Assembly (NCBI GenBank): GCA_963844705.1
Contig: CAWJPI010000005.1
Span: 136 to 64,135, forward strand
Direction: 5' to 3'
Origin: Vulcanimicrobiota bacterium
Lineage (GTDB): Bacteria; Vulcanimicrobiota; Vulcanimicrobiia; Vulcanimicrobiales; Vulcanimicrobiaceae
DNA: 64,000 nucleotides
The notes under the pieces are model-generated. The model made no database searches and was not told the origin of the DNA. It was given only the letters and a program-made list of their open reading frames with translations. The position numbers and the translations under genes are program-made. How positions within the stretch are numbered: position 1 is the stretch's first letter; the number at the start of each line of letters is the position of its first letter. Positions 30,667 through 40,338 of this stretch are shown piece by piece.

Positions 30667-30807
30667 GCTGCGCTCTCCGAGAAGGAGTAGGGGCGTCCCC
30701 TTCGTTCATCCACAAACGATACACAAGTTCTTAGCGTTGTCCACATATAATACACAGAGACCGGGCGTAACTTGGTCCCGCTCCACCCGGTAAAGGAATT
30801 ACATCTC

Positions 30808-32868
30808 ATGCTCCGTCGCACCATTCCGCTGATCCTGATCGCTTCGCTCTTCTGCGCCATTGGGCCGGCGCGGACCGGTGCGATGTCCACGCAGGCCGAG
30901 ATCGCGTTGGGACAGTCGGAGGATCAGCAGATCGTCGCCAGCAGCGTCATCGAGACCGATCCGCTGCTCAACGCCTACGTTGCCGGGGTCGCGGGCAACC
31001 TGTGGGGTCAGGTGGCGCGCAAAGACGTCCCCTACTCCGTCAAGATCATCAAAGACGATCAGGTCAACTCCTTTGCGACGATGGGCGGCTTCGTCTACGT
31101 GTACGAAGGGCTGATCGACTTCGTGCAGTCCGACGACGAGCTGGCCAGCGTGATCGGCCACGAGACCGGCCACATCGAGCGCCGCCACGTGCTCACCACC
31201 AATAGCAAAGCCGAAATCCTCAACCTGCTCTTCGGCATCGCCTCGATCTTCTCGCCGATCCTCTACGAGTTCGGCGGCCTGGCGGAGGCCGGTTTGATGG
31301 CCAAGGTCTCGCGCGAGGACGAGATCCAGGCCGATCGCTACGGCCTGCAGCTGATGGCGCGCGCCGGCTACGACCCCGACTCCGAAGTGACGATGATGGC
31401 ACACCTCGCCGTGCTCCAAGAAGAGCACAGCGACGCGGTCAGCAAGTATCTCGAAGATCACCCCGATCCGCAGGCCCGCGTCGCGCACTTGATGGGCTAT
31501 CCCGAGATCGACCCGAAGACCGTCACGCCCACGCAGACGCTGGTGCAGGCTTCGAGCGACGAGGAACGCGCGCGCTACAGTTTTGCGGAGCTGCGCCTCG
31601 ACCAAGTGCTTCACGCCGATCCGCAGAGCGCGCAGGCGCTGCTCGAGCTGGGACAGTCTGAGCTGGCGCTGGGCCTGCCCAGCAAGAGCGAGCAGACGCT
31701 GGCGGAGGCCGCGCAGCTGGGCTCGTCGGCCACACGCGCCGCCGCCGATCAGCGCATCGCCGCGCTGCGCCAGATGGAAGTGCAGCGCGTGACGCTCATC
31801 AAGCCCAACCTGCCCAAGCTCAAAGACGTGGTGCAGGCGGCGCAGTCCGCGCAGGTGCAGGCTGCATCGGAGATCTCGACGCGGGCGACCGAAGGCCGGG
31901 ACCAGCTCAAGTCGGTGCAGAGCCGGCTCGACACGATTCAGTACGAGGTGCCCGACCTCAGCCGCATCAACGTCAAGCGCGGATCGCGCGTCGAGGCGAT
32001 CGTCAAGAACCTCACCTCGATGGCGCGGTCGGTGAACAGCGCGCTGGAAGACGCCGGCGGCAGCGGCGGTCCGATTGCGGGCGTCGGTTCGCTCGAGAAG
32101 AACAAGGAGGGCGGCCTGCTCAAGGAGAGCGCCGACATTTACGGCGAGATGCTCGCCCCGTTGAATATGAGCCCGGTGCCCGCGGAATCGCTCGAAATGC
32201 TGCCGTCGTACGGGCACTCGATGAACGAACTGCAACTGGCCGACGGTGAGATGCTGCGTTCCGTCGACGCCGCGCGAGCCTCGCTGACGATGCTCGATCA
32301 GTCGTTGGGCGACCTCGACGAGTTCCTCAAAGATCTCGACCGCATCTCCATCGGCTACAACGGCGACATCCAGCCAAACGACTACGCGGCTATCGTGCCA
32401 TCGATGAAAAAGGTGAACGACGAGCTGAACACGGCCGCCACCGCGGCCTCCGAGGGCGCGCAGCTCTTCAACCTCGCGCGCTCGCGCCAGCTCGCGGTGC
32501 GCATCACGCTGCTCGGCGTCGGTACCTCGCCGCAGCTCTACTCGACGCTGCAATACGCGCTGCAGAATCGTTTCGGCTCCAGCGGAATCGACTACCGCAC
32601 GATGCTCCGCGACGATCTCACCCCCGGCGACGTGGTCGCGGCGACGATCGTCGCCGCCGATATCAAGAGCACGCCCGAAACGATCATCGCCGAGGCCAAA
32701 GGCGCCAACGAGACCGTGATCGACGTCGCGAACGCGCACAAGATGCACGCGTGGCCGCTGGAGATCTTCTTGGGCCTCGTCTATCTCGATTACACCGACG
32801 ACCCGCAAAAAGAGCTGCGAAGGGCCGACGGCACGCTCGCGGTCAACCTCTCGGCGCTGGGATTGTAG
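30808..32868 (+). CDS. M48 family metalloprotease with long helical C-terminal region
   Basis: The ATG at 30808 has AAAGGAA about 10 nt upstream. A signal peptide and the zinc motif HETGHIERRH with downstream EIQADRYG are present, followed by about 450 aa of helical, TPR-like sequence. Confidence 0.8.
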   Translation: MLRRTIPLILIASLFCAIGPARTGAMSTQAEIALGQSEDQQIVASSVIETDPLLNAYVAGVAGNLWGQVARKDVPYSVKIIKDDQVNSFATMGGFVYVYEGLIDFVQSDDELASVIGHETGHIERRHVLTTNSKAEILNLLFGIASIFSPILYEFGGLAEAGLMAKVSREDEIQADRYGLQLMARAGYDPDSEVTMMAHLAVLQEEHSDAVSKYLEDHPDPQARVAHLMGYPEIDPKTVTPTQTLVQASSDEERARYSFAELRLDQVLHADPQSAQALLELGQSELALGLPSKSEQTLAEAAQLGSSATRAAADQRIAALRQMEVQRVTLIKPNLPKLKDVVQAAQSAQVQAASEISTRATEGRDQLKSVQSRLDTIQYEVPDLSRINVKRGSRVEAIVKNLTSMARSVNSALEDAGGSGGPIAGVGSLEKNKEGGLLKESADIYGEMLAPLNMSPVPAESLEMLPSYGHSMNELQLADGEMLRSVDAARASLTMLDQSLGDLDEFLKDLDRISIGYNGDIQPNDYAAIVPSMKKVNDELNTAATAASEGAQLFNLARSRQLAVRITLLGVGTSPQLYSTLQYALQNRFGSSGIDYRTMLRDDLTPGDVVAATIVAADIKSTPETIIAEAKGANETVIDVANAHKMHAWPLEIFLGLVYLDYTDDPQKELRRADGTLAVNLSALGL

Positions 32869-32870
32869 CG

Positions 32871-33860
32871 ATGGCTATGGCCGCCGACGCGCGCGACCTC
32901 TTTCGCATCGTGCGAAAGGGCATCGACGTGCGTACCGTGCGCGCAAACGTGCGTAAACCGTTCCGTTTCCTGCTCTGCGGCGATCCTTCGCTGATGGCGG
33001 AACTGCGAGCGCTGCTGCTCTCCGGGCACGAAGACGCAATCCCCGCCGAAGCGATGGCGTGCCTGGAGACGATTCGCCTCGGCACGCCGCTGCTCACCGA
33101 TCCGCGCGAGGCGCGTGCCATCGTATTTCTCGGCGCGCGGGGCGATTGTTTGGGCGCCGATTTCGCGACGCTCTCGACGCTAGGCGTACCGATTCTCGCG
33201 CTGACCGTGGATCCGCTGGCCACGCCGTCGGGCCCGTCGTCGCCGCCGGCGCGCGGCTCGTGGGGCGAGTACGTGGTGCAGGCTCTGGAACTCGGCGCGC
33301 TGCGGGCGCGCTTCTTCCCGCATCTGGTGGAGTGCGCCGGGGGCGTGGAGATCGCGGTCGGCCGCAATCTTCCGGCGCTGCGCGAAACGGTCGCCGCCAA
33401 GCTCACGCGCGACGCGGCGCAGAACGCGCTCAAGGTGTCGCTGGCCAGCGCCGTCGTCGACCACATCCCGTTCGTCGGGCTGGTGCTCGGCGCGTTCGCG
33501 TCGGCCGGCGACATGGTTGCGATCACCGGGATTCAGGTGATGCTGCTGCTGCACATCGAGGCGGCATACGGACGCGATCCCGACATGGGCCGCACCTGGC
33601 AGCTGCTGCCGATCATCGGCGGCGGCTTCGGCTGGCGCACGCTGGCGCGCGAGTTGGTCGGCTTCGTGCCGATCGCGGGCATCGCAATCAAAGGCGCGAT
33701 TGCCTACGCGGGCACGATCGTGGTCGGCGAGGGCGTGACGTTCTATTACGAGCACGGGCGCTATATGAGCAAGGGGCAAACGTCGTCGCTCTACAATCGC
33801 ACCAAGCAAGACGCCCTGCGCATCGCGAGCGACCTGCTCGCGCGCCTGCGCAAGAAGTAG
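32871..33860 (+). CDS. DUF697-type membrane protein with degenerate GTPase-like N-terminal half
   Basis: The ATG at 32871 lies 2 nt after the M48 stop. The C-terminal half (VVDHIPFVGLVLGAFASAGDMVAITGIQVMLLLHIEAAYG...FVPIAGIAIKGAIAYAGT) looks like DUF697. Where a P-loop would be expected, the N-terminal half reads FRFLLCGDPSLMAEL. Confidence 0.55.
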   Translation: MAMAADARDLFRIVRKGIDVRTVRANVRKPFRFLLCGDPSLMAELRALLLSGHEDAIPAEAMACLETIRLGTPLLTDPREARAIVFLGARGDCLGADFATLSTLGVPILALTVDPLATPSGPSSPPARGSWGEYVVQALELGALRARFFPHLVECAGGVEIAVGRNLPALRETVAAKLTRDAAQNALKVSLASAVVDHIPFVGLVLGAFASAGDMVAITGIQVMLLLHIEAAYGRDPDMGRTWQLLPIIGGGFGWRTLARELVGFVPIAGIAIKGAIAYAGTIVVGEGVTFYYEHGRYMSKGQTSSLYNRTKQDALRIASDLLARLRKK

Positions 33861-33877
33861 CCGTCCTCTTTTTCGTC

Positions 33878-34174
33878 GTGGCGAGCAAAGCGCAGGTCGA
33901 GGCGGCGATCTTCGCACGCGAGGGTTTTCGCGTCGAGTTCGAGCCGTTCGAGGGAAAGCGCGCGCCGCTGCCGCCGTACGACTATCCGCTGATGGCGCCG
34001 CAGCACTGGAAGATCTCCGATTGGAAGAACGCGCGCCTGGGCGCCTACCGGCTCCTGTTTAAGGGAATCACAGTCTACCGGGGCGACGCTACCCCGGTCA
34101 GCCGCGACCTGCAGCTCGGCAACCTCCGCGACACGTACTACGAAAACGAATACGGCTCGCTGGAGCCACGATGA
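33878..34174 (+). CDS. small hypothetical protein
   Basis: A 98-aa reading frame runs from the GTG at 33878, hidden in ORF 33059..34174. It has G/C-rich third codon positions. I recognise no family. Confidence 0.4.
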   Translation: MASKAQVEAAIFAREGFRVEFEPFEGKRAPLPPYDYPLMAPQHWKISDWKNARLGAYRLLFKGITVYRGDATPVSRDLQLGNLRDTYYENEYGSLEPR

Positions 34175-34257
34175 CCTTCCGAGGGCCGCGGCGAAGTGTC
34201 GTGGCCCGCTCTAGCTAGATTCTCGGAGGTGTTGCCGACGATGGGAGGCCGGAGCAT

Positions 34258-35808
34258 ATGACCCGCAAGCAGCTATATGATGCGGAGACGATTCGCGCGT
34301 GCGGGGAACTCCTGCGATTCGCCGTCGAGGCGCGCCCCGCGCCGGAGAACGTTCTCCTTACGCGAATGCCGCGGGTCGATCGCGGCGAGCTCGCGAGCAT
34401 GGTGCGCTCCGCGTTTGCCGAGCTTTCGTCGCGACAGCGCGAGATCGTCATGCGCTGCGAGATCAAGGGCGAGCGTTACGCCGCGGTGGCAAAGGCGATG
34501 CACCTCTCGGAACGACAGGTTTTCCGCGAACGCCGAGCCGCGTTGAACCGCATCGCGCAGCGGCTGCTGACGCTGCGATCCGAAGAGACCTCGCCTGCCC
34601 TCGCCGTCGCAGCCGATGCACTCGAGGCCCGCATTGCGCTCGGCGAGGTGTTGGAGAACGGCGGGCACTGGCAGGCGGCGGCGGAGGTTTTCGAACGGCT
34701 GGCCGGCGAGCTGACGCTGCCGCAACAGCGCTACCCGATCGAAGCGCGCGTGGCCTTACTGTATCGCGATGCAGACCAATTCGCGCAAGCCTATCACCAC
34801 GCCGGCCTTGCAACGACGTTGGCCGCGCGCGTGACCGACGATGGCGGCTTAGCGCGAGTCGAAGCCGACGTCGCGCTCGCCGGCGTCGCTGCGGCGAGCG
34901 GAGACTGGAACTTGGCCGATGCGCTCGCGCAGCAGAGCATCGACGCGCTGCGTCCGCTGATCGACGCAGGCCGCGCCGGTCGCGCGCCGGCCGCGCTCGC
35001 GCAGGCGCTCCTGCTCAAGGCGGAGCTTCTCGCCGACAACGGCGGCGTCGACCAGGCCGTGCGGCTGGCGTCGGAAGCGTGCGGCATCGTCGAGCGAAAC
35101 CATACCGACGCGACGACCGAGATCAGCGCCCGCACGATGTACGCGACGACGAGCAGTCTGCTCGCAAAGGATAGCGCGCGCGCGGAGGAGTTGCTGCGCG
35201 AGTGCTATCGAGCCGCACTCGCCGCCGGGTTGATCCGCGGATCGCTGATCATCGCCATTTCGCTGTTAACGCACTACCGGCTCAACGGCCGTCCGGCAGA
35301 CGCGACACGACTGCTGGCGCCGCTCATCGGCGCGGCTCGCATCGCGGGGAGCGGATGGGTGGAGGCCGGCGTGCTCACCGGCCTGGTGAGTGCGAGCTTC
35401 GATGCCGGTGCACTCGCCGCGGCGGCCGCTTACACCGAGGAACTTTCCAAGTTCGCGACCGGAAATCCCCTGACGCAAGCGGCGCAGGAGATGTCGCGCG
35501 CCCAGCTCGATCTCGTGCACCAGGAATTCAAGCCGGCGCTCGAGCACGCCAGAGCCGGCGAAGCAGTCTACGGGAGCGTCGGTCTGGCGCGATACGTGGG
35601 TATCTCGCTGCGAATGCAGGCCGAAGCGCTCTTCGGAATGGGCGAATCGGAGCCGGCCAAGCACACCATCGCGCAGGCGGTGGACGTGCTCAGAGAGACC
35701 GACCATCCACGACCGCTCGCAAGCGCGTACCGTACGATGGCAAGAATCACGGGGCGTCCGCAGTACGCAACCGCGGCACGAAAGCTATTGCGCGAATGTG
35801 GTCAGTAA
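34258..35808 (+). CDS. regulatory protein: sigma-70 region-4-type HTH followed by TPR-like helical repeats
   Basis: The 516-aa ORF contains SRQREIVMRCEIKGERYAAVAKAMHLSERQVFRERRAALNRIAQRL, which resembles ECF sigma region 4. About 400 aa of Ala/Leu-rich repeats follow. No region 2 is evident. Confidence 0.65.
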   Translation: MTRKQLYDAETIRACGELLRFAVEARPAPENVLLTRMPRVDRGELASMVRSAFAELSSRQREIVMRCEIKGERYAAVAKAMHLSERQVFRERRAALNRIAQRLLTLRSEETSPALAVAADALEARIALGEVLENGGHWQAAAEVFERLAGELTLPQQRYPIEARVALLYRDADQFAQAYHHAGLATTLAARVTDDGGLARVEADVALAGVAAASGDWNLADALAQQSIDALRPLIDAGRAGRAPAALAQALLLKAELLADNGGVDQAVRLASEACGIVERNHTDATTEISARTMYATTSSLLAKDSARAEELLRECYRAALAAGLIRGSLIIAISLLTHYRLNGRPADATRLLAPLIGAARIAGSGWVEAGVLTGLVSASFDAGALAAAAAYTEELSKFATGNPLTQAAQEMSRAQLDLVHQEFKPALEHARAGEAVYGSVGLARYVGISLRMQAEALFGMGESEPAKHTIAQAVDVLRETDHPRPLASAYRTMARITGRPQYATAARKLLRECGQ

Positions 35809-35871
35809 ACTGACGCGGTTGCGGCTCTGCGCCCGAGGGTGGTGTCGCGACCTAGCGGGAACCTCCGGACG

Positions 35872-36898
35872 ATGAAGCACGCACGCGTTCTCTCCGCAGC
35901 TGCAGCGGCCCTCATTGCCGGATGTGCCGGTCAAGCACGCAGCCCCTACTCGGCGCTTCCAGCCGTCGGGTTCAACGCGAACGTCGGGCAACGTCGCGAG
36001 CCACGGCGAGTCGTGGATGCTCCCGCAAACGAAAGGGAGTTCGTCGATCCTGATCTACGCCGAGGACGACCACGCCGGCGGCGTTAACGTGTACGATTAT
36101 TCGAGTGGGACGCAGGTGGGATCGCTCGGCGTCATCGCAACGGGCGGATGCGTCAACGCCAAGGGCGACGTGTATCTCTCAGACTCCGGCAGCGGATCGC
36201 TGGTAGAGTACGCGCACGGCGGAACGAAGCCGCTGCGGACGTACCATCCAGGCGGCGTGCTCGTTGGGTGCTCGATCGACGCCGCGGGCGACATTGCGGT
36301 CACCGGCGGCTCGCCGGGCAGAGTCGTTGTCTATCCCAAAGGCAACGCCAAGAAAGGTGCGACCTACAGCGATGGCTATTGCGACCTGACTCCCGAGACG
36401 ATGGGTTACGATGACAAGGGCAACGTCGTCGGCGAAGGCATGTACGACGACATCAGCGTTTGCGGCGTGCTCGTTGGGACGAAGCAAGAGACGACGCTTG
36501 CCACCAAGGGCTTCACGATCGGCTTTCCCAACGGCACGACGTGGGACGGCAAGTACCTCGTGCTCGGCGACCAAGAGGCCGGCAGCACCAAAGACGACAC
36601 GGGGATGTACGAAGCGACGCTCTCGGACAACAGCGTAACCTCCCGCCACGAAGTGATTCTCACCGACACGTGCTACCGCGGCTACAACGACGTGCTCGAC
36701 CCGTTCGTCGTCGGTAAGAAGAACACGCCGGTCAACACGCAGCAAGGCCGCGTCGTCGTCGGCGCCAACGCGTACTGCTTCGACGCCAGCGGTGGCGGCG
36801 GCATCGAATATTGGCACTACCCCGCGGGCGGCAATCCCTACCAGATGTACAAGACGATCGATCCCATCACCGTCCTAACGGTCAGCATCGGGACGTAG
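35872..36898 (+). pseudogene. beta-propeller-like lipoprotein (family shared with 60605..61589), one frame change near 35960-36000
   Basis: The signal and lipobox MKHARVLSAAAAALIAGC are in one frame. The body is in ORF 35915..36898 (ILIYAEDDHAGGVNVYDYSSGTQVG...VEYAHGGTKPLRTY...IEYWHYPAGG). Confidence 0.6.
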
Positions 36899-36992
36899 CC
36901 GGCTGAGGTTCGAGACCACCCTCGAGGGCGCCGACGTATGGGCGGCCATTCGGCGCCCCCACTGGAATCGTTACTTCACGATCGGTCTCGTC

Positions 36993-37397
36993 GTGTTCGC
37001 TGCGGCAACGCTCTTCCGGCTCCAGCGACCGTGGCGCGACACCTGGGATCTCGTGACCGATCTCATCTCCTATGCCGTCGGCGTCGCGATCGCCGTCGTC
37101 GTGCTGGGATACGTCGCGCTCGCGCTAAGCGTGAAGCGCACGGTGCAGCGCAGCAGCGCAACCGGACCGACGACCTACGTGGTTAGCGACGACGGCATCG
37201 AGATCGTCAAGCGGAACGCAACGGTGCAGCTCCATTGGGATTCGCTCGCCGGATTCAGCGAAACCCCGACGGTCGTGCTCCTCCGCTTTCGTCAAAGCCG
37301 CAAGATGCTGATCGTTCCGAAGCGCGAGCTATCGGACTCGCAGCAAGGCGAACTGATCGGCCTTCTTTCCGATCATTTGGAGCGCTTGTCAGCCTAG
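36993..37397 (+). CDS. YcxB-like membrane protein (N-terminus may extend upstream)
   Basis: The 134-aa ORF has hydrophobic helices followed by the pattern YVVSDDGIEIVKRNATVQLHWDSLAGFSETPTVVLLRF. The same frame stays open upstream to about 36900 without a canonical start. Confidence 0.5.
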   Translation: MFAAATLFRLQRPWRDTWDLVTDLISYAVGVAIAVVVLGYVALALSVKRTVQRSSATGPTTYVVSDDGIEIVKRNATVQLHWDSLAGFSETPTVVLLRFRQSRKMLIVPKRELSDSQQGELIGLLSDHLERLSA

Positions 37398-37483
37398 AGC
37401 GGCCCCGGCTTACGGCGGATCGTGCGCAGATGCCGCCGGATCGACGGAACGCTTCGCATCGCGTTTGGACCGTAGCCTCGCGT

Positions 37484-38593
37484 TCAGAGGCGTTCGAGCA
37501 GCGATTCGTCGTCGAGGCGTGCCAGTTCTTGCGGCACGCGCTGGCGCGCCGGAGCTGCCAGTCGCGCGGCGATGGCACCGCGGCGCTGTGGTGTCAAGCG
37601 TTCGCGGCGTTCGAGGAAATCGGCGATCAGCGCGCGCTCCTCGCCCGAAAGGTAACGCGTCGGCGCATAGTTGGGGGTCGGCTCCGACGGCGACAGCGGC
37701 ACGTCGTTGAGACTCGTCTCGCTGGCGCGAGCGCGCACGTCGAAGTAGTAGACGGCAAGCACCGCGGCGGCAAACGGCACGACGACCGTGCGTGCTGCGG
37801 CATCGAGCACGATGTAGGCCAGCGGCCAGCGCGACAAGCCGCCGACCGCGGCGAGGTCGACGAGTGCGGAGACCGCCAGCGTGACGCCGCCGATCCCCAT
37901 CGAGCAGAGCAGCGCGCGCCCCAGCTGGCGCCGGTTGCAGATGCGCCGAATGGTGACGCGCAGTGCCGCTGGTGCCGAGTCGCCCTCGATCACGATCGTG
38001 AAGAGCGCGCAGCCGGCCACCGCGCCCAGCAGCGCGAGCGCGAACGACATCGCCAGCAGCATCGCGGTTACCGCAAACGGCAGGATCGTAGAGGCCGAGT
38101 TCGAGAGTGCCAGCGCCACCGAGGCGACCGGGATCGCGACGACGACGAACGCCGCCACGTAAGAAACGATCAGCGCTACCAGGGCGGAGAGCAGCAGACC
38201 GGCGATCGAGGGCAGACGTGCGAGCACCGGCGCGTAGCAAGCGCGCAGACCTGGCCGCGCGCCCTGGTAGATGCGCCCGACGCCGACGCCGATCGCGCCG
38301 GTGGCGAAGGCCAGCATCAGATAACCGAAGAGCAGCGAGCCGATCGTCAGGCCGAGCGCTTCGGGTGCGTGCGGGAGGGAGGGCAGATGCGTGGCGCTTA
38401 GGGACTGCGGATTTTCCATTTGCCGCAGGGCGGCGTCGAGCTGTGGGCCGGCGCGCTGGTCGACGACGTACTGGACGATCGCGACGGGGATCGTCGCCAC
38501 CGCGGCCACGCCCAGCAGCGGCGCCGCGTTGCGGATGCAGAGGCTCGCGGCTCGATCGAAAACTCCGGCGAGGTCCAGCGGGCGCGATTCCAT
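37484..38593 (-). CDS. hypothetical polytopic membrane protein
   Basis: The 369-aa ORF has about 6 hydrophobic segments and G/C-rich third positions. I do not recognise the family with confidence. Confidence 0.6.
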   Translation of the reverse strand: MESRPLDLAGVFDRAASLCIRNAAPLLGVAAVATIPVAIVQYVVDQRAGPQLDAALRQMENPQSLSATHLPSLPHAPEALGLTIGSLLFGYLMLAFATGAIGVGVGRIYQGARPGLRACYAPVLARLPSIAGLLLSALVALIVSYVAAFVVVAIPVASVALALSNSASTILPFAVTAMLLAMSFALALLGAVAGCALFTIVIEGDSAPAALRVTIRRICNRRQLGRALLCSMGIGGVTLAVSALVDLAAVGGLSRWPLAYIVLDAAARTVVVPFAAAVLAVYYFDVRARASETSLNDVPLSPSEPTPNYAPTRYLSGEERALIADFLERRERLTPQRRGAIAARLAAPARQRVPQELARLDDESLLERL

Positions 38594-38649
38594 CGCGCGC
38601 GCTTTCCCGCAAGGCCAAGCTAAAACCCTCGGGGAAGCGCTGCGATGCC

Positions 38650-39279
38650 ATGCTGATCGGCACGCTCGCCGCCATCCGGCGCTATCCGGTGAAGAGTCTG
38701 CGCGGCGAGGATCTCGACGAGGTGGAGGTCGCGCTCGGGGGATCCCCGGCGATCGCGCGTACGCTCTTCTCGCGCACGATGGCGCGCGAGCCGGTAAGAC
38801 CTACCGCGGCAAGGAGAACGACCGGCTGCATCTCGTACGCGATGCGCGGGCCGGGCAAGCGCTCGCGACGGAACGCGGGGTCGCGGTCGAAGTTCTCGGC
38901 GGAGAGCACTTCTTCGACGATGCGCCGATCTCGATCATCGTCGATGCCTGGATGAGCGATCTGAACGCGCATCTCGGTTACGTTGCCGAATGGGAGCGCT
39001 TCCGGCCGAACTTCTTCGTGCGCGCGAACGGTTCGGCGATCACCGCTCGAAGGCGATCTCGTGGGCGAGGATCTGCTACTCGGCGACGTACGCCTGCGCG
39101 TGCGGTCTCCGATCGAGCGATGCGTCACCGTCACCTATCATCCCGACGGCGATCCAAGCGATCCGCGAGTGCTGCGCTTCTTGGCGCAAGAGCGCGAGAC
39201 GTTGATGGGGGTCTACTGCGACGTGGTCGAGCCCGCAACCGCGCATCTTAACGATCTGCTGATCCTCGCCGCCTCCTAA
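38650..39279 (+). pseudogene. MOSC domain protein, two frame changes (near 38740 and 39040)
   Basis: The N-terminus MLIGTLAAIRRYPVKSLRGEDL (ATG at 38650) continues in a second frame (GDRAYALLAHDG...HFFDDAPISIIV...WERFRPNFFV). A third frame follows (LEGDLVGEDLLLGDVRLRVRSPIERCVTVTYHPDG). Confidence 0.75.
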
Positions 39280-39282
39280 AAT

Positions 39283-39306
39283 GAGGCGCCGCTGCAGCGG
39301 CGCCTC
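39283..39306. terminator. perfect 10-bp GC-rich hairpin
   Basis: GAGGCGCCGC-TGCA-GCGGCGCCTC starts 4 nt after the MOSC stop, in the convergent gap with recR. An A-run lies on the left side, which is a T-run for the minus strand. Confidence 0.55.
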
Positions 39307-39426
39307 GGCCAGCCCACACCCGGTCCGCAATCACCGTACCACCTCGAAGCTCGGTAAGGCTCTACGTAAAGGTAACTAGACCGGTCGTCATTGGCGAATC
39401 GTTTAATTGCCGCGCTTTATTCGCGG

Positions 39427-40027
39427 CTAGATCGCGCGGCGGCCCTCCAGCGCCTTCACGATCGTCAACTCGTCGGCGTAGTCGAGTTCGCCGCCGATCG
39501 GTAAGCCGTACGCGAGCCGCGTCACGGCGGGCCCGAGCGGCGCCAGCAGCCGCGAGAGGTAGAGCGCCGTCGCTTCGCCCTCGGCGTTGGGATTGGTTGC
39601 GAGAATGATCTCGCGCGGCTCTTCGCGCCCGACGCGTTCCACCAGCTCCTTCACGTGCAGCTGCGGCCGGGCCGATGCCGTCCATCGGCGAGATCAAACC
39701 GCCGAGCACGTGATAGCGCCCCTTGAACGCGCCGGTGCGCTCGATCGCGTATACGTCCTTCGCCTCAGCGACGACGCAGATCGCGCCGGCGTCGCGCCGG
39801 TCGTCGGTGCAGAACTCGCACGGATCGTGCTCCGAGAGCGAGAAGCAGACGGAGCAAAAGCCGACTTTATCTTTGACGGCAAGGATAGCTTCCGCGAGAG
39901 TCTGTGCTTCGTGGCGCGGGCGGTTCAACAGGTGAAAGACGAGGCGCGCCGCCGTCTTCGGGCCGATCGTCGGCAGTTTGCTGAGTTCGTTGATCAGCGC
40001 AGCGACGGGGCTTGCGACCGTCGTCAC
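39427..40027 (-). pseudogene. recR: recombination protein RecR, one frame change near 39660
   Basis: The GTG at 40027 overlaps the ybaB stop. The sequence has LINELSKLPTIGPKTAARLVFHLL, the zinc-finger region CSVCFSLSEHDPCEFC and a Toprim part (ICVVAEAKDVYAIERTGAFKGRYHVLGG). It continues in ORF 39427..39654 ([16 protein letters not shown]). Confidence 0.85.
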
Positions 40028-40333
40028 ATCAAACCGGGAACGCGCATGCCGCCGGTCACCGAGGCCATCCGCTTCTGCGACGTTTCGTTCGCCTTTGCGC
40101 AGCGCGTCGTTGATCGCGACCATCACGAGATCTTCGAGCGTCTCGACGTCGTCGGGATCGACGGCCTCTTTGTCGATCTTCACGCGCTTCACGCGCTGAT
40201 CGCAGGTCACGTCGACCGTCACCGCTCCGCCGGCGGCGCTGCCGCTCACGATCGTGTTCGCCAGCTCTTCTTGAGCCTTGGCCATCTCGGCCTGCATCTT
40301 CTTGACTTGGGCCATCAACTGCGCTTGATTCAT
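40024..40333 (-). pseudogene. ybaB: nucleoid-associated protein YbaB/EbfC, one frame change near 40085
   Basis: The sequence begins MNQAQLMAQVKKMQAEMAKAQEELANTIVSGSAAGGAVTVDVTCDQRVKRVKIDKEAVDPDD. After one extra base the tail reads ANETSQKRMASVTGGMRVPGLM-stop. Confidence 0.8.
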
Positions 40334-40338
40334 CCTGC

